From an uncultured Candidatus Saccharibacteria bacterium (GTDB lineage: Bacteria > Patescibacteriota > Saccharimonadia > Saccharimonadales > UBA10212), in assembly GCA_964639445.1 (NCBI GenBank), contig CAZXDA010000002.1, forward strand, positions 1 to 37,645: a DNA stretch of 37,645 bases, read 5' to 3'. How positions within the stretch are numbered: the first letter of the stretch is position 1; every line of letters starts with the position of its first letter. Positions 15,779 through 25,078 of this stretch are shown in pieces. The translations under genes and the position numbers were made by a program. The notes beneath the pieces were generated by a model, which made no database searches, had not been told where the DNA came from, and worked only from the letters and a program-made list of their open reading frames with translations.

Positions 15779-16414
15779 ATGCACAAACCACAAGCTCAGA
15801 TTTTAGTTCCAACTGTCATTGAGCAGGAAGGTCGGTTTGAGAGAGCTTATGATATTTATAGTCGCCTGCTGCGCGACCGCGTTGTCTTTTTGGGCGGACC
15901 GATTGACGAGCATACCGCCAACCTTGTAATCGCCCAGATGCTTTTTTTGGAAAACGAAAATCCTGAAAAAGACATTATCTTTTATATCAACTCACCCGGC
16001 GGCAGCGTTTATGACGGCCTGGCCATTATTGACACCATGAATTACGTAAAGTGCGATATTCAGACGGTAGGTATAGGTATGCAGGCCAGTATGGGGGCTG
16101 TTCTTTTAAGCAACGGCACTAAAGGCAAGCGTTTGATTTTGCCAAACTCCAAAACTATGATTCACCAGCCGTGGAGCAGCGGCCGCGAGCGCACATCTGT
16201 TACAGAGCTAGAAATTACATTACGTGAAATGCAGGATATTAAAAAGAGACTGATTGAAATTTTGACTAAAAACACCGGCCAGACATACGAAAAAATCGAG
16301 AAGGACGCTGACCGCGACTTTTGGATGACAGCCGAAGACTCTAAAAAATACGGCCTGGTAGACAAAGTGATAGACACCCGCAAAGCTGCCCTCAAAAAGC
16401 CAACCCTGGTTTAG
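15779..16414 (+). CDS. clpP: ATP-dependent Clp protease proteolytic subunit
   Basis: The protein is colinear with ClpP, with catalytic Ser (GMQASMGA), His (MIHQP) and Asp (DRDFWM). I chose the start at ATG 15779 ([16 protein letters not shown]) because GTG 15752 and ATG 15770 overlap the CIRCE and -10 elements. The start remains uncertain by up to 9 codons. Confidence 0.9.
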   Translation: MHKPQAQILVPTVIEQEGRFERAYDIYSRLLRDRVVFLGGPIDEHTANLVIAQMLFLENENPEKDIIFYINSPGGSVYDGLAIIDTMNYVKCDIQTVGIGMQASMGAVLLSNGTKGKRLILPNSKTMIHQPWSSGRERTSVTELEITLREMQDIKKRLIEILTKNTGQTYEKIEKDADRDFWMTAEDSKKYGLVDKVIDTRKAALKKPTLV

Positions 16415-16603
16415 TTGATAATTCTACAACATTTTTTTTAGTTTTACTCCTTGATTCTTCACTGTCCATTCTATATCCTTGAAGGCAAGAAGTAGTGTAC
16501 TTTGGTGTTATTTTTTGTGCACCTAATGTAGTGGGCTTCGCTAAAAGCGATAAATTGGCAAAAATTATAATTATATAGATACCTAACAAGGGGAGTGTAG
16601 CTT

Positions 16604-19600
16604 TTGCGGCAGTACTTTACCAAAACAGACACTGTTTTAAATCCGCCAGATTTAGTCTCGCATCAAAGTAGTTCCTTTTCATGGTTTGTGAAAGAGGGGC
16701 TGGGAGAGCTATTTGAAGAAGTTAATCCAATTGATGATTATACCGGTACTAAATTATCCTTAAGCTTTAAAAAATACCATTTTGACGTGCCTAAGCTGAC
16801 AGAAGCCGAGGCGCATGAGAACAATGTTAGCTATGAAGCGCCGCTGAAGGCAGTGGTCGAACTGACCAATAAAGTTACTGGCGAAGTTAGAGAGCAGGAA
16901 ATTTATCTTGGCGATTACCCGTGGATGACTACCCGCGGTACATTTATTATTAATGGCGCTGAACGGGTGGTGGTTAGCCAGCTGATTCGTTCAGCTGGCG
17001 TTTTCTTTACGGCCGAACCGCACGGCACAATAAGTCTTTATGGCGCTAAAGTTATCCCAACACGCGGTGCGTGGCTGGAGTTCGAGACAGCCAGTGGCGG
17101 CGCTATGTACGTCAAAATTGACCGCAAACGCAAGATTCCCGTCACCACTCTGCTGCAAGCACTGGGACTGACAAAAGAACAGATTAAAGAAGCTTTTGCC
17201 CATGTTGACCAGGGAGAGGTCAATTATATTGATGCTACATTGGAAAAAGACCCAGCCCACAGCGCCAACGAAGCCTTAATTGAGGTTTACCGCCGCTTGC
17301 GTCCGGGCGATCTGGCCACCGTTGATAATGCCCGTTCCATGCTGGATAACATGCTTTATAACTATAAGCGCTTTGATTTTGGCCGTGTTGGCCGCTACAA
17401 AATTAACAAACGGCTTGATATGGATGTGCCAAATACCATCAAAAACCGCGTGGTGCGCATAGACGATCTTAAGGCTATCATCGCGGAAATTATCAGGCTC
17501 AATAACACTCAGGAACCGGCCGATGAAATCGATTCATTAGCTAACCGCCGCGTAAAACTGGTGGGTGAGCTGGTGCAGCGTCAGTTTAGAATCGGACTGT
17601 TGCGCATGGAGCGCAATGCCAAAGACCGCATGAGTATGAGCGAAATCGAGACGGTTACGCCAGCCCAACTGATTAATGCCCGACCAGTGGTGGCAGCGGT
17701 GCGCGAGTTTTTTGCCTCAAGTCAGCTTTCACAGTTTATGGATCAAGTTAATCCGCTTTCCGAGCTGGCGCATAAGCGCCGTTTAAGCTCTATGGGGCCG
17801 GGTGGCTTAAGCCGGGAAAGGGCCGGCTTTGAGGTTAGAGACGCGCACGCCACCCATTATGGCCGCATTTGCCCCGTGGAAACACCGGAAGGCGCCAATA
17901 TCGGCCTGGTGCTTAATTTGGCCAGTTACGCGCGTATTGACGAATACGGCTTTATAGAAACACCCTACCGCAGGGTTATTAATGCCGTTACACCTCGTGA
18001 GGCTACTGGTCATATTGCGGCGGTTAACCTAGAAAACGAGCGCGGCACGGTGATCGTTAAGGCCGGCGCCACCATTACGCCGGCGGCTGGCAAAAAACTA
18101 GCGGCTATCAAAAGTCAAAAAACCTGGCCGGTTAAAGCTAAGGTTACAGACGAGATTGTCTATCTTGATGCCGACGAAGAAGAACGAGCCATTATTGCCG
18201 GTGGCGGTAATGAAATTGATGAGCGCGGTTATTTTGTGGGATCGCGCGTCAGCGCCCGCGTACGGCTAAACCCCGGAGAGGTTGATGCCAATGAGGTTAC
18301 GCATATGGATGCCGCCCGCGCGCAAACCATTGGCAGTAGCGCCGGTTTAATCCCGTTTGTCGAGAAAAACTACGTGCTGCGTTCTTTGATGGGCTCGAAC
18401 CAGCAGCGTCAGGCCGTACCACTAATTAAGCCGGAAGCGCCGATTGTGGGTACCGGTTTTGAGTCAATTGTGGCCCGCAACAGCGGCCAGATGGTTCTAG
18501 CTGAAGAAGACGGTGAAGTCATTCGCGCCGCTTCTGATCAGGTAGTGATCAAGTATAAATCAGGCAAAAGAGCCACTTATAAACCAATGCACTTTGCCCG
18601 CAGCAATGAAGGCAGCTCGATTAACCAAGTGCTAGTGGTTAACAGCGGCGATAAAGTCAAGGCCGGCCAACCCCTAATTGAGGGAATGAGCATCGCCGGT
18701 GGCGAGTTGGCGCTTGGCAAAGATTTAATGGTGGCCTTTATGCCTTGGTCAGGTTACAACTTTGAAGACGCCATTGTTATTTCTCGCCGGCTGGTAGAGG
18801 ATGACACGCTGACCTCAATCCATATAGTGGACTACATGACAGAGGTACGCGAGACAAAATTGGGTCCGGAAATTGTGACGCGCGATATCCCTAATGTCTC
18901 GGAGGATGCACTGCGCCATCTGGATGAGGATGGTATTGTGCGGATTGGCGCTGAGGTTCATCCCGGCGACATCTTGGTTGGTAAAATTACGCCTAAAGGC
19001 GAGCAAGAACTTTCCAGTGAGGAGAGATTACTGCGAGCTATCTTTGGCGAAAAAGCTAAAGAAGTGCGTGATACTTCACAGCGCATGAGCACCGGTCGCC
19101 ACGGCAAAGTAGTTGGCGTTAAGGTTTTTAGTCGCGCTTCAGGTCATGAACTAAAAGCCGGCGTCATTATGCAAATCCAGGTGTTTGTGGCGCAAATGCG
19201 CAAGATTGCTGTTGGCGATAAATTGGGAGGGCGCCACGGCAATAAAGGTGTGATTGCCAGAATTTTGCCGGTTGAAGATATGCCGTTTACAGAAAACGGC
19301 GCACCGGTTGATATTATTCTTAACCCACTTGGCGTGCCCTCACGCATGAACATTGGGCAATTGTTTGAAACTCACTTAGGTATGGCAGTTTATGCCCTGG
19401 GCTTTAAGGTAGCCAGCCCGGCCTTTAGCGGTGTGCCGATTAAGAAGATTCAGGATTTACTAAAACAAGCCGGTCTGCCTGAAGATGGTAAGCAGCAATT
19501 ATATGACGGTCGCAGTGGCGAAGCCTTTCGCGAGCGTACTACCGTCGGCTACATGTACATTATCAAGCTTAACCACATGGTGTCTGACAAAATCCATGCT

Positions 19601-20083
19601 CGCTCCACCGGCCCTTACACTATGGTTACCCAGCAGCCACTTGGCGGTAAAGCCCAAAACGGCGGCCAGCGCTTCGGCGAGATGGAGGTGTGGGCACTGG
19701 AAGCCTATGGCGCTGCTCATACGCTGCAAGAAATGCTGACCATTAAATCTGACGATGTTTATGGCCGCGCTAAAGCTTATGAATCGATTATCAAAGGTAC
19801 TGAAATCCAGGCGCCAAAGGTGCCGGAAAGCTTTAACGTGTTGGTTAAGGAGCTGCAAGGCCTGGGACTGAAAGTTGATTTGATGGAAAAAGGCAAAGTG
19901 GTTGATGCCGAAGAGATACTAGCCGAGAACATCAAAGACGAAGCCAAGCATGCCCCGGCCATCTCGGCCGGTCAGGATATGGTTGATCAAGCAGCTGTTG
20001 TAGCGGGCGTGATGCCTGATGATATATCGCTAGCCGATGCCGGTATGATCCCGGTTGCCACCGACGAAGAGGAGGAGATTTAA
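16604..20083 (+). CDS. rpoB: DNA-directed RNA polymerase subunit beta
   Basis: It has the Rif-region sequence FFASSQLSQFMDQVNPLSELAHKRRLS and the conserved C-terminal GGQRFGEMEVWALEAYGA. The start is TTG, with AAGGGGAG upstream. Confidence 0.95.
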   Translation: MRQYFTKTDTVLNPPDLVSHQSSSFSWFVKEGLGELFEEVNPIDDYTGTKLSLSFKKYHFDVPKLTEAEAHENNVSYEAPLKAVVELTNKVTGEVREQEIYLGDYPWMTTRGTFIINGAERVVVSQLIRSAGVFFTAEPHGTISLYGAKVIPTRGAWLEFETASGGAMYVKIDRKRKIPVTTLLQALGLTKEQIKEAFAHVDQGEVNYIDATLEKDPAHSANEALIEVYRRLRPGDLATVDNARSMLDNMLYNYKRFDFGRVGRYKINKRLDMDVPNTIKNRVVRIDDLKAIIAEIIRLNNTQEPADEIDSLANRRVKLVGELVQRQFRIGLLRMERNAKDRMSMSEIETVTPAQLINARPVVAAVREFFASSQLSQFMDQVNPLSELAHKRRLSSMGPGGLSRERAGFEVRDAHATHYGRICPVETPEGANIGLVLNLASYARIDEYGFIETPYRRVINAVTPREATGHIAAVNLENERGTVIVKAGATITPAAGKKLAAIKSQKTWPVKAKVTDEIVYLDADEEERAIIAGGGNEIDERGYFVGSRVSARVRLNPGEVDANEVTHMDAARAQTIGSSAGLIPFVEKNYVLRSLMGSNQQRQAVPLIKPEAPIVGTGFESIVARNSGQMVLAEEDGEVIRAASDQVVIKYKSGKRATYKPMHFARSNEGSSINQVLVVNSGDKVKAGQPLIEGMSIAGGELALGKDLMVAFMPWSGYNFEDAIVISRRLVEDDTLTSIHIVDYMTEVRETKLGPEIVTRDIPNVSEDALRHLDEDGIVRIGAEVHPGDILVGKITPKGEQELSSEERLLRAIFGEKAKEVRDTSQRMSTGRHGKVVGVKVFSRASGHELKAGVIMQIQVFVAQMRKIAVGDKLGGRHGNKGVIARILPVEDMPFTENGAPVDIILNPLGVPSRMNIGQLFETHLGMAVYALGFKVASPAFSGVPIKKIQDLLKQAGLPEDGKQQLYDGRSGEAFRERTTVGYMYIIKLNHMVSDKIHARSTGPYTMVTQQPLGGKAQNGGQRFGEMEVWALEAYGAAHTLQEMLTIKSDDVYGRAKAYESIIKGTEIQAPKVPESFNVLVKELQGLGLKVDLMEKGKVVDAEEILAENIKDEAKHAPAISAGQDMVDQAAVVAGVMPDDISLADAGMIPVATDEEEEI

Positions 20084-23000
20084 TGATACGGACTTATAGC
20101 GGACGAGGCAGGGGTACCAATATTAGCGATTTTGACGCTGTGCGGCTAGCCATAGCCTCTCCGGAAGACATTCTGGAATGGAGTTACGGCGAGGTTACCA
20201 AACCGGAGACAATCAACTACCGCACCCAAAAACCGGAGCGCGACGGTTTGTTTGACGAGCGTATTTTTGGTCCGGTTAAAGACATTAACCCTCATGATGC
20301 CAAATATAAAGGTATTCGCAGCCGCGATATGGCAGTCGATAAACGCGGCGAAATTGTTACCCGTAGTATTGTGCGCCGCGAGCGCATGGGTCACATAAAC
20401 TTGGCCTCGCCGGTTGCCCATATCTGGTTTTTGCGCGGCGCTCCATCTGCCATGGGTCTAGTGCTTGGCATGACAGTTAAAAACTTAGAGCGAGTGGCTT
20501 ATTTTGCCAGCTATATCATAAAAGGTATTGATAAGGAGAAAAAAGATAAAGCCATAGCCGATTTTGAGGCCGAGCTTAAAGCCAAAGAGGCCAAAATCAA
20601 AGAGCGCTATGAAAAAGCTGCCGCCAAAAAAGCTGCCAATATCCGAGAGCTGGCCGAAGCCCAAACCAAGGAGCTTGAGCAACTGGCAGTTGAGGCCGAA
20701 GAATTCAGAAACCAGGCCAGCAGCTTGGAGAAGCTGAACTTACTATCTGAAACCGATTACCGCAACCTGCCAAACGAGCTGCAGTCTGCTATCAAAGTAG
20801 GTATGGGCGGGGTGGCTTTGCGCGAGCTTTTGGAAGAGATCGATCTATCCAAACTGATTAAATCTCTTTCTAAAGAGGCCGAAGAAGCTAAAGGCCAACG
20901 TAAGAAGAAAATTATGAAGCGGTTGCGGCTGCTCGAGAGCATGCACCGCGCCGGCATTAAGCCAAGCAGCATGTGTGTATCGGTTTTGCCGGTAATTCCG
21001 CCGGATCTGCGGCCTATGGTGCAACTTACTGGTGGCCGTTTTGCCACCAGCGATCTTAACGATCTTTACCGCCGGGTAATTAACCGCAATAACCGGCTTA
21101 AGAAGTTAATCGAGCTTAATGCGCCGGAAGTAATTCGCCGCAACGAGCAGCGCATGCTGCAAGAAGCAGTTGACGCACTGATTGATAATAGCAGCGCTAG
21201 ATCCGGCCGGGCGGTGGCAGCTACCGGCCAGCGCCGCCGGCTTAAGAGTTTGAGCGATATGCTGCGCGGTAAGCAAGGCCGCTTTCGCCAAAACTTGCTT
21301 GGTAAGCGGGTTGACTATTCCGGCCGCAGCGTAATTGTGTCTGGTCCAGAACTTAAGATGCACCAGTGTGGTATACCCAAGGCTATGGCGCTGGAGCTGT
21401 TTAAGCCGTTTGTAATCGGCCATTTAATTGACGCTGAACTGGCTCATAACATTCGTAGCGCCACCCGCATGATTGAGGCCAGCGAAGGCGTTGTTTGGGA
21501 CGCGCTGGATGAGGTCATCAAAAATAAATATGTGCTTCTTAACCGTGCGCCAAGCCTGCACCGTCTTAGTATTCAAGCCTTTCAGCCGGTTTTAATTGAA
21601 GGTAAGGCGATTCAGCTGCACCCGCTGGTTTGTAAAGGTTTTAATGCCGACTTTGACGGCGACCAAATGGCTGTTCATCTGCCACTGGCTGACTCTGCCC
21701 AAGATGAGGCGCACGAAATTATGGTTTCCAGTAAGAACCTGCTTAAACCTGCCGATGGCTCGCCGATTTTGCATGTTTCGCAGGATATTGTTCTTGGCTG
21801 CTATTATCTGACATACCAGCGTCCAGGTATGGACTCGGAAAAGCCGCGCCTATTTGACAGCTTAGACGAGGCTTTGTTTGCCTTTGAGCAAGGCAAATTA
21901 AAACTGCAATCACCTATAAAAGTTGTCTTTAGGGGGCAGCTCCGCGAAACAACGCTTGGCCGCCTGCTTTTTAATGAGATTTTCCCAGAGGATTTTCCAT
22001 TCCAAAACGAGCCAATGACTAGTAAGAAACTAGATAGGGTAATGAGTCTGACATACCAAAAATACGGCCAGGAGGAAACAGCCCGCATTGCCGATGACTT
22101 AAAGAATCTGGGTTTTAGCTACGCTACCTTCTCGGGCACCTCCATTGGCATGGAAGATTTCCAAGATATTAGGGGCTTGCGCCAGATTGTATCTGACGGC
22201 GAAAAAAGAGCAGCTGAAATTTCTAAGCAATTTAATGAAGGCTTTATCACGGATGATGAGCGCTACCGTTTGACCGTCGAAACATGGACCAATGTTGACG
22301 CTCAAGTTGAGAAAGCGCTGGCCGAGCAGTTTGCCACCGAAGATAATACGATGTCTATCGCTGTGGCATCCGGTGCCCGTGGTAACATCAACCAAATGAA
22401 AATGTCTGTTGGCATGTTGGGCACTTTTGCTGATGCTACCGGGCACGCTATTGAGCTGCCAGTGCGCTCTAACTACAAAAATGGTCTTGACCCGCTAGAG
22501 TACTTTGCGGCCACTCGTGGTACACGCAAATCGTTAGTTGATATTGCCCTGCGCACTGCTGATTCCGGTTATCTTACTCGCCGCTTGGTTGATGTTGCTC
22601 AAGATGTTTTTACGGTTGATGTTGATGATGACGATCCGGGTTTTACTGTCTATCGGTCAGATTCGGAAGTTATTGGTACCAGCTTTGGTGCGCGCCTGGA
22701 AGGCCGCTACGTGGCTGAAGGTGTCAAAAAACACCTTAAGCGTGGGCAGTTGATTACACATGATATTGCGCAAGCGATTGAGTCGGATACATCTGTTGAG
22801 AGAGTAAAAATTATGAGCGTTTTATCCTGCACTATGTCTCGCGGTATAGCCCGCAAATCATATGGTATTGATCTGGCTACCGGTGAACTGGTGGCTTCGG
22901 ACCATCCAATCGGCGTGATTGCCGCCCAAAGCATTGGCGAGCCGGGCACGCAACTGTCTTTGGACTCCAAACACCGCGCCGGTGCAGTCACTGCCGGTGA

Positions 23001-23901
23001 CGACGTAACCCAAGGTCTAACTCGCGTAGAAGAGCTCTTGGAAGTTCGAACACCAAAGGGCCAGGCTTTTCTTTCGGATATCACGGGCCTAGCCAATGTT
23101 TGGGAAGAAGGCGATAATTACATTGTCCAAGTCACCGCTAAAAAACAAAAGAAGGTCAGTTTTGAGCTGGGCGAAAAACAGGCCAAAGTTGCCAATGGCG
23201 ACGAGGTTAATGCGGGAGACGTAATTGCGGCTTTTGAGGACAGCTCAGAACCAATTACGGCGCCATTTACCGGTAAGGTAAGTGTTGATAAGGGAGCTAT
23301 TACTGTAGCGCCGACCGCTAAAAGCATCATGCGCTACGAAATCCCGACATTTAGGCAGCTGGTTGTCGAAGACGGCGACATGGTTGAGGCCGGCCAGCGG
23401 TTAACAAGCGGTTCAATTAACCTGCACAGCTTAATGCAACTGCGCGGCATTGAAGAAACGCAACGCTACATTATGAACGAAGTGCTTTATATCTTCGCCA
23501 GCCAGGGCCAGACAATTGCTGATAAGCACCTAGAGGTGATTGTGCGGCAGATGTTTAGCCGGGTGCAGATTGAAGATGCCGGCGACAGCGAGTTCATAGT
23601 TGGCGATGTAATTAGCAGATGGACTGTTGATGAGGCTAATGCCAAGTTGGAGGCTGCAGGCAAGCGTCCAGCCAGGTACAATCAGTTACTTTTGGGCATC
23701 ACCAAGGCCTCCTTGAGCACAGAATCTTTCTTGTCGGCGGCTTCGTTCCAGGACACAACACGGGTGTTAATTGCAGCGGCCACCAGCGGTAAGGTAGATC
23801 ACCTGTATGGCTTGAAAGAGAATGTTATCCTGGGCCGTCTGATCCCGGTCGGTACCGGCGCCCGAAGCAAAAAAGCAGAAACGGTTGAGGCTAAGGAGTA
23901 A
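20083..23901 (+). CDS. rpoC: DNA-directed RNA polymerase subunit beta-prime (lacks the canonical zinc-binding cysteines)
   Basis: It has the catalytic NADFDGDQM and the bridge-helix/trigger-loop regions (GARGN, IGEPGTQL). Its start overlaps the rpoB stop (TAATG). Confidence 0.95.
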   Translation: MIRTYSGRGRGTNISDFDAVRLAIASPEDILEWSYGEVTKPETINYRTQKPERDGLFDERIFGPVKDINPHDAKYKGIRSRDMAVDKRGEIVTRSIVRRERMGHINLASPVAHIWFLRGAPSAMGLVLGMTVKNLERVAYFASYIIKGIDKEKKDKAIADFEAELKAKEAKIKERYEKAAAKKAANIRELAEAQTKELEQLAVEAEEFRNQASSLEKLNLLSETDYRNLPNELQSAIKVGMGGVALRELLEEIDLSKLIKSLSKEAEEAKGQRKKKIMKRLRLLESMHRAGIKPSSMCVSVLPVIPPDLRPMVQLTGGRFATSDLNDLYRRVINRNNRLKKLIELNAPEVIRRNEQRMLQEAVDALIDNSSARSGRAVAATGQRRRLKSLSDMLRGKQGRFRQNLLGKRVDYSGRSVIVSGPELKMHQCGIPKAMALELFKPFVIGHLIDAELAHNIRSATRMIEASEGVVWDALDEVIKNKYVLLNRAPSLHRLSIQAFQPVLIEGKAIQLHPLVCKGFNADFDGDQMAVHLPLADSAQDEAHEIMVSSKNLLKPADGSPILHVSQDIVLGCYYLTYQRPGMDSEKPRLFDSLDEALFAFEQGKLKLQSPIKVVFRGQLRETTLGRLLFNEIFPEDFPFQNEPMTSKKLDRVMSLTYQKYGQEETARIADDLKNLGFSYATFSGTSIGMEDFQDIRGLRQIVSDGEKRAAEISKQFNEGFITDDERYRLTVETWTNVDAQVEKALAEQFATEDNTMSIAVASGARGNINQMKMSVGMLGTFADATGHAIELPVRSNYKNGLDPLEYFAATRGTRKSLVDIALRTADSGYLTRRLVDVAQDVFTVDVDDDDPGFTVYRSDSEVIGTSFGARLEGRYVAEGVKKHLKRGQLITHDIAQAIESDTSVERVKIMSVLSCTMSRGIARKSYGIDLATGELVASDHPIGVIAAQSIGEPGTQLSLDSKHRAGAVTAGDDVTQGLTRVEELLEVRTPKGQAFLSDITGLANVWEEGDNYIVQVTAKKQKKVSFELGEKQAKVANGDEVNAGDVIAAFEDSSEPITAPFTGKVSVDKGAITVAPTAKSIMRYEIPTFRQLVVEDGDMVEAGQRLTSGSINLHSLMQLRGIEETQRYIMNEVLYIFASQGQTIADKHLEVIVRQMFSRVQIEDAGDSEFIVGDVISRWTVDEANAKLEAAGKRPARYNQLLLGITKASLSTESFLSAASFQDTTRVLIAAATSGKVDHLYGLKENVILGRLIPVGTGARSKKAETVEAKE

Positions 23902-23913
23902 ACCTGGTAAAAT
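23885..23913 (+). promoter_or_regulatory. Putative rpsL promoter: TTGAGG - 17 nt - TAAAAT with a TGg extension
   Basis: TTGAGG lies at 23885-23890 and TGgTAAAAT at 23905-23913, which ends 8 nt before the rpsL ATG (23922). There is no SD within 20 nt of the ATG. Confidence 0.5.
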
Positions 23914-23921
23914 AGCGTTCT

Positions 23922-24332
23922 ATGCCTACAGTTAATCAGTTAATTCGGAAGCGTCGCAAGTCGGTGAGCAAAAAGTCAAAATCACCGGCCTTGCAGCGCG
24001 TGGTTAACAATCTTAAAACTGCCAGCTATGAAAAGCCGGCGCCTTTTAAGCGGGGTGTAGCTATTCGGGTGACTACCAAAACTCCTAAAAAACCAAATTC
24101 GGCCCTTAGAAAAGTGGCTCGCGTTCGCTTGACTTCCGGTCAAGAGGTGTGGGCTTATATTGGCGGCGAAGGCCACAACCTGCAGGAGCATGCTGTGGTA
24201 TTAGTTCGCGGTGGCCGGGTCAAAGATCTGCCAGGCGTGCGCTACCATATTGTGAGAGGTAGTTTAGATCTGCAAGGAGTGCAAGACCGCAAGAAAGGTC
24301 GCTCAAAGTATGGAACTAAAAAAGGAAAATAA
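23922..24332 (+). CDS. rpsL: 30S ribosomal protein S12
   Basis: The sequence includes [26 protein letters not shown] and [18 protein letters not shown]. Confidence 0.95.
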   Translation: MPTVNQLIRKRRKSVSKKSKSPALQRVVNNLKTASYEKPAPFKRGVAIRVTTKTPKKPNSALRKVARVRLTSGQEVWAYIGGEGHNLQEHAVVLVRGGRVKDLPGVRYHIVRGSLDLQGVQDRKKGRSKYGTKKGK

Positions 24333-24358
24333 AATGTTGTTCCATCGGAGGTTGCCTA

Positions 24359-24835
24359 ATGCCGCGTAAGGTTACTAAATCACTTGTTCGAGAAGTAGAG
24401 CCTGACCGGTTGTATAACAGTAAGCAGGTAACAAAGCTTATAAACCGTATAATGCTTGATGGTAAAAAGCAAATAGCAGAGCGTACTGTTTACAACGCCA
24501 TGCAAAAAGCGGCCGATAAGCTTAAAGTCCAGAACCCACTTGAAGTTTTAGAGCAGGCGTTTAAGAACATCCAGCCGCATCTAGAGACGCGTTCGCGCCG
24601 AGTTGGTGGCGCTAACTACCAAATCCCCTTTGAAGTTAAAAGTCAGCGCCAGCAGCATTTAACAATCATGTGGTTGGTAGCCGCCGCCCGTGGTCGCAAG
24701 GGAATACCGATTGAAGATCGCCTATCAGCCGAGCTGGTTGATGCCTACAACAACAGTGGCGCGGCGGTTAAGAAGCGCGAAGACACGCATAGGATGGCTG
24801 AAGCCAACCGAGCTTTCGCCCACTTTGCACGTTAG
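24359..24835 (+). CDS. rpsG: 30S ribosomal protein S7
   Basis: The protein resembles S7 throughout (MLDGKK, GGANYQIPFEV, EAANRAFAHF-type C-terminus). GGAGG lies 7 nt upstream of the start. Confidence 0.95.
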   Translation: MPRKVTKSLVREVEPDRLYNSKQVTKLINRIMLDGKKQIAERTVYNAMQKAADKLKVQNPLEVLEQAFKNIQPHLETRSRRVGGANYQIPFEVKSQRQQHLTIMWLVAAARGRKGIPIEDRLSAELVDAYNNSGAAVKKREDTHRMAEANRAFAHFAR

Positions 24836-24848
24836 GAGGTGTGGCAGG

Positions 24849-25067
24849 ATGCCTGGCGAGGGAGAGGGACATAAGATATACTATGCTGGCGAAAGATGTC
24901 CTGACTGCGTGGAACCGGAAAGAGGATTAGTACCTTACGGCCAGAAGTGCTCAGGGCCCGCAGAAGTATTGGGCAAACTGATGTGTATTCGAAGTATTGA
25001 TGAAGCCACCAAGCTTAAACCAGGCTGGAAAAGAATATTACAATCTCCTTACTGGGATGATGACTAA
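24849..25067 (+). CDS. Orphan 72-aa protein with one CxxC pair, inserted between rpsG and fusA
   Basis: AGGAGG at 24834-24839 lies 9 nt before the ATG at 24849. The product is [36 protein letters not shown]... Codon use is AGA/GGA-rich, unlike the flanking genes. The upstream part of the track ORF (24690-24848) overlaps rpsG and is discarded. Confidence 0.55.
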   Translation: MPGEGEGHKIYYAGERCPDCVEPERGLVPYGQKCSGPAEVLGKLMCIRSIDEATKLKPGWKRILQSPYWDDD

Positions 25068-25078
25068 AGGAACAAATT

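Noticed and set aside
16392-16589. A 65-aa minus-strand ORF in the clpP-rpoB spacer.
   Set aside because: It is AT-rich and low-complexity, overlaps the clpP stop, and has no promoter or SD context. It is most likely spurious.
24690-24848. The N-terminal 53 codons of track ORF 24690-25067.
   Set aside because: This part overlaps the 3' end of rpsG in another frame. The AGGAGG plus ATG at 24849 gives a much better start for the downstream small ORF.
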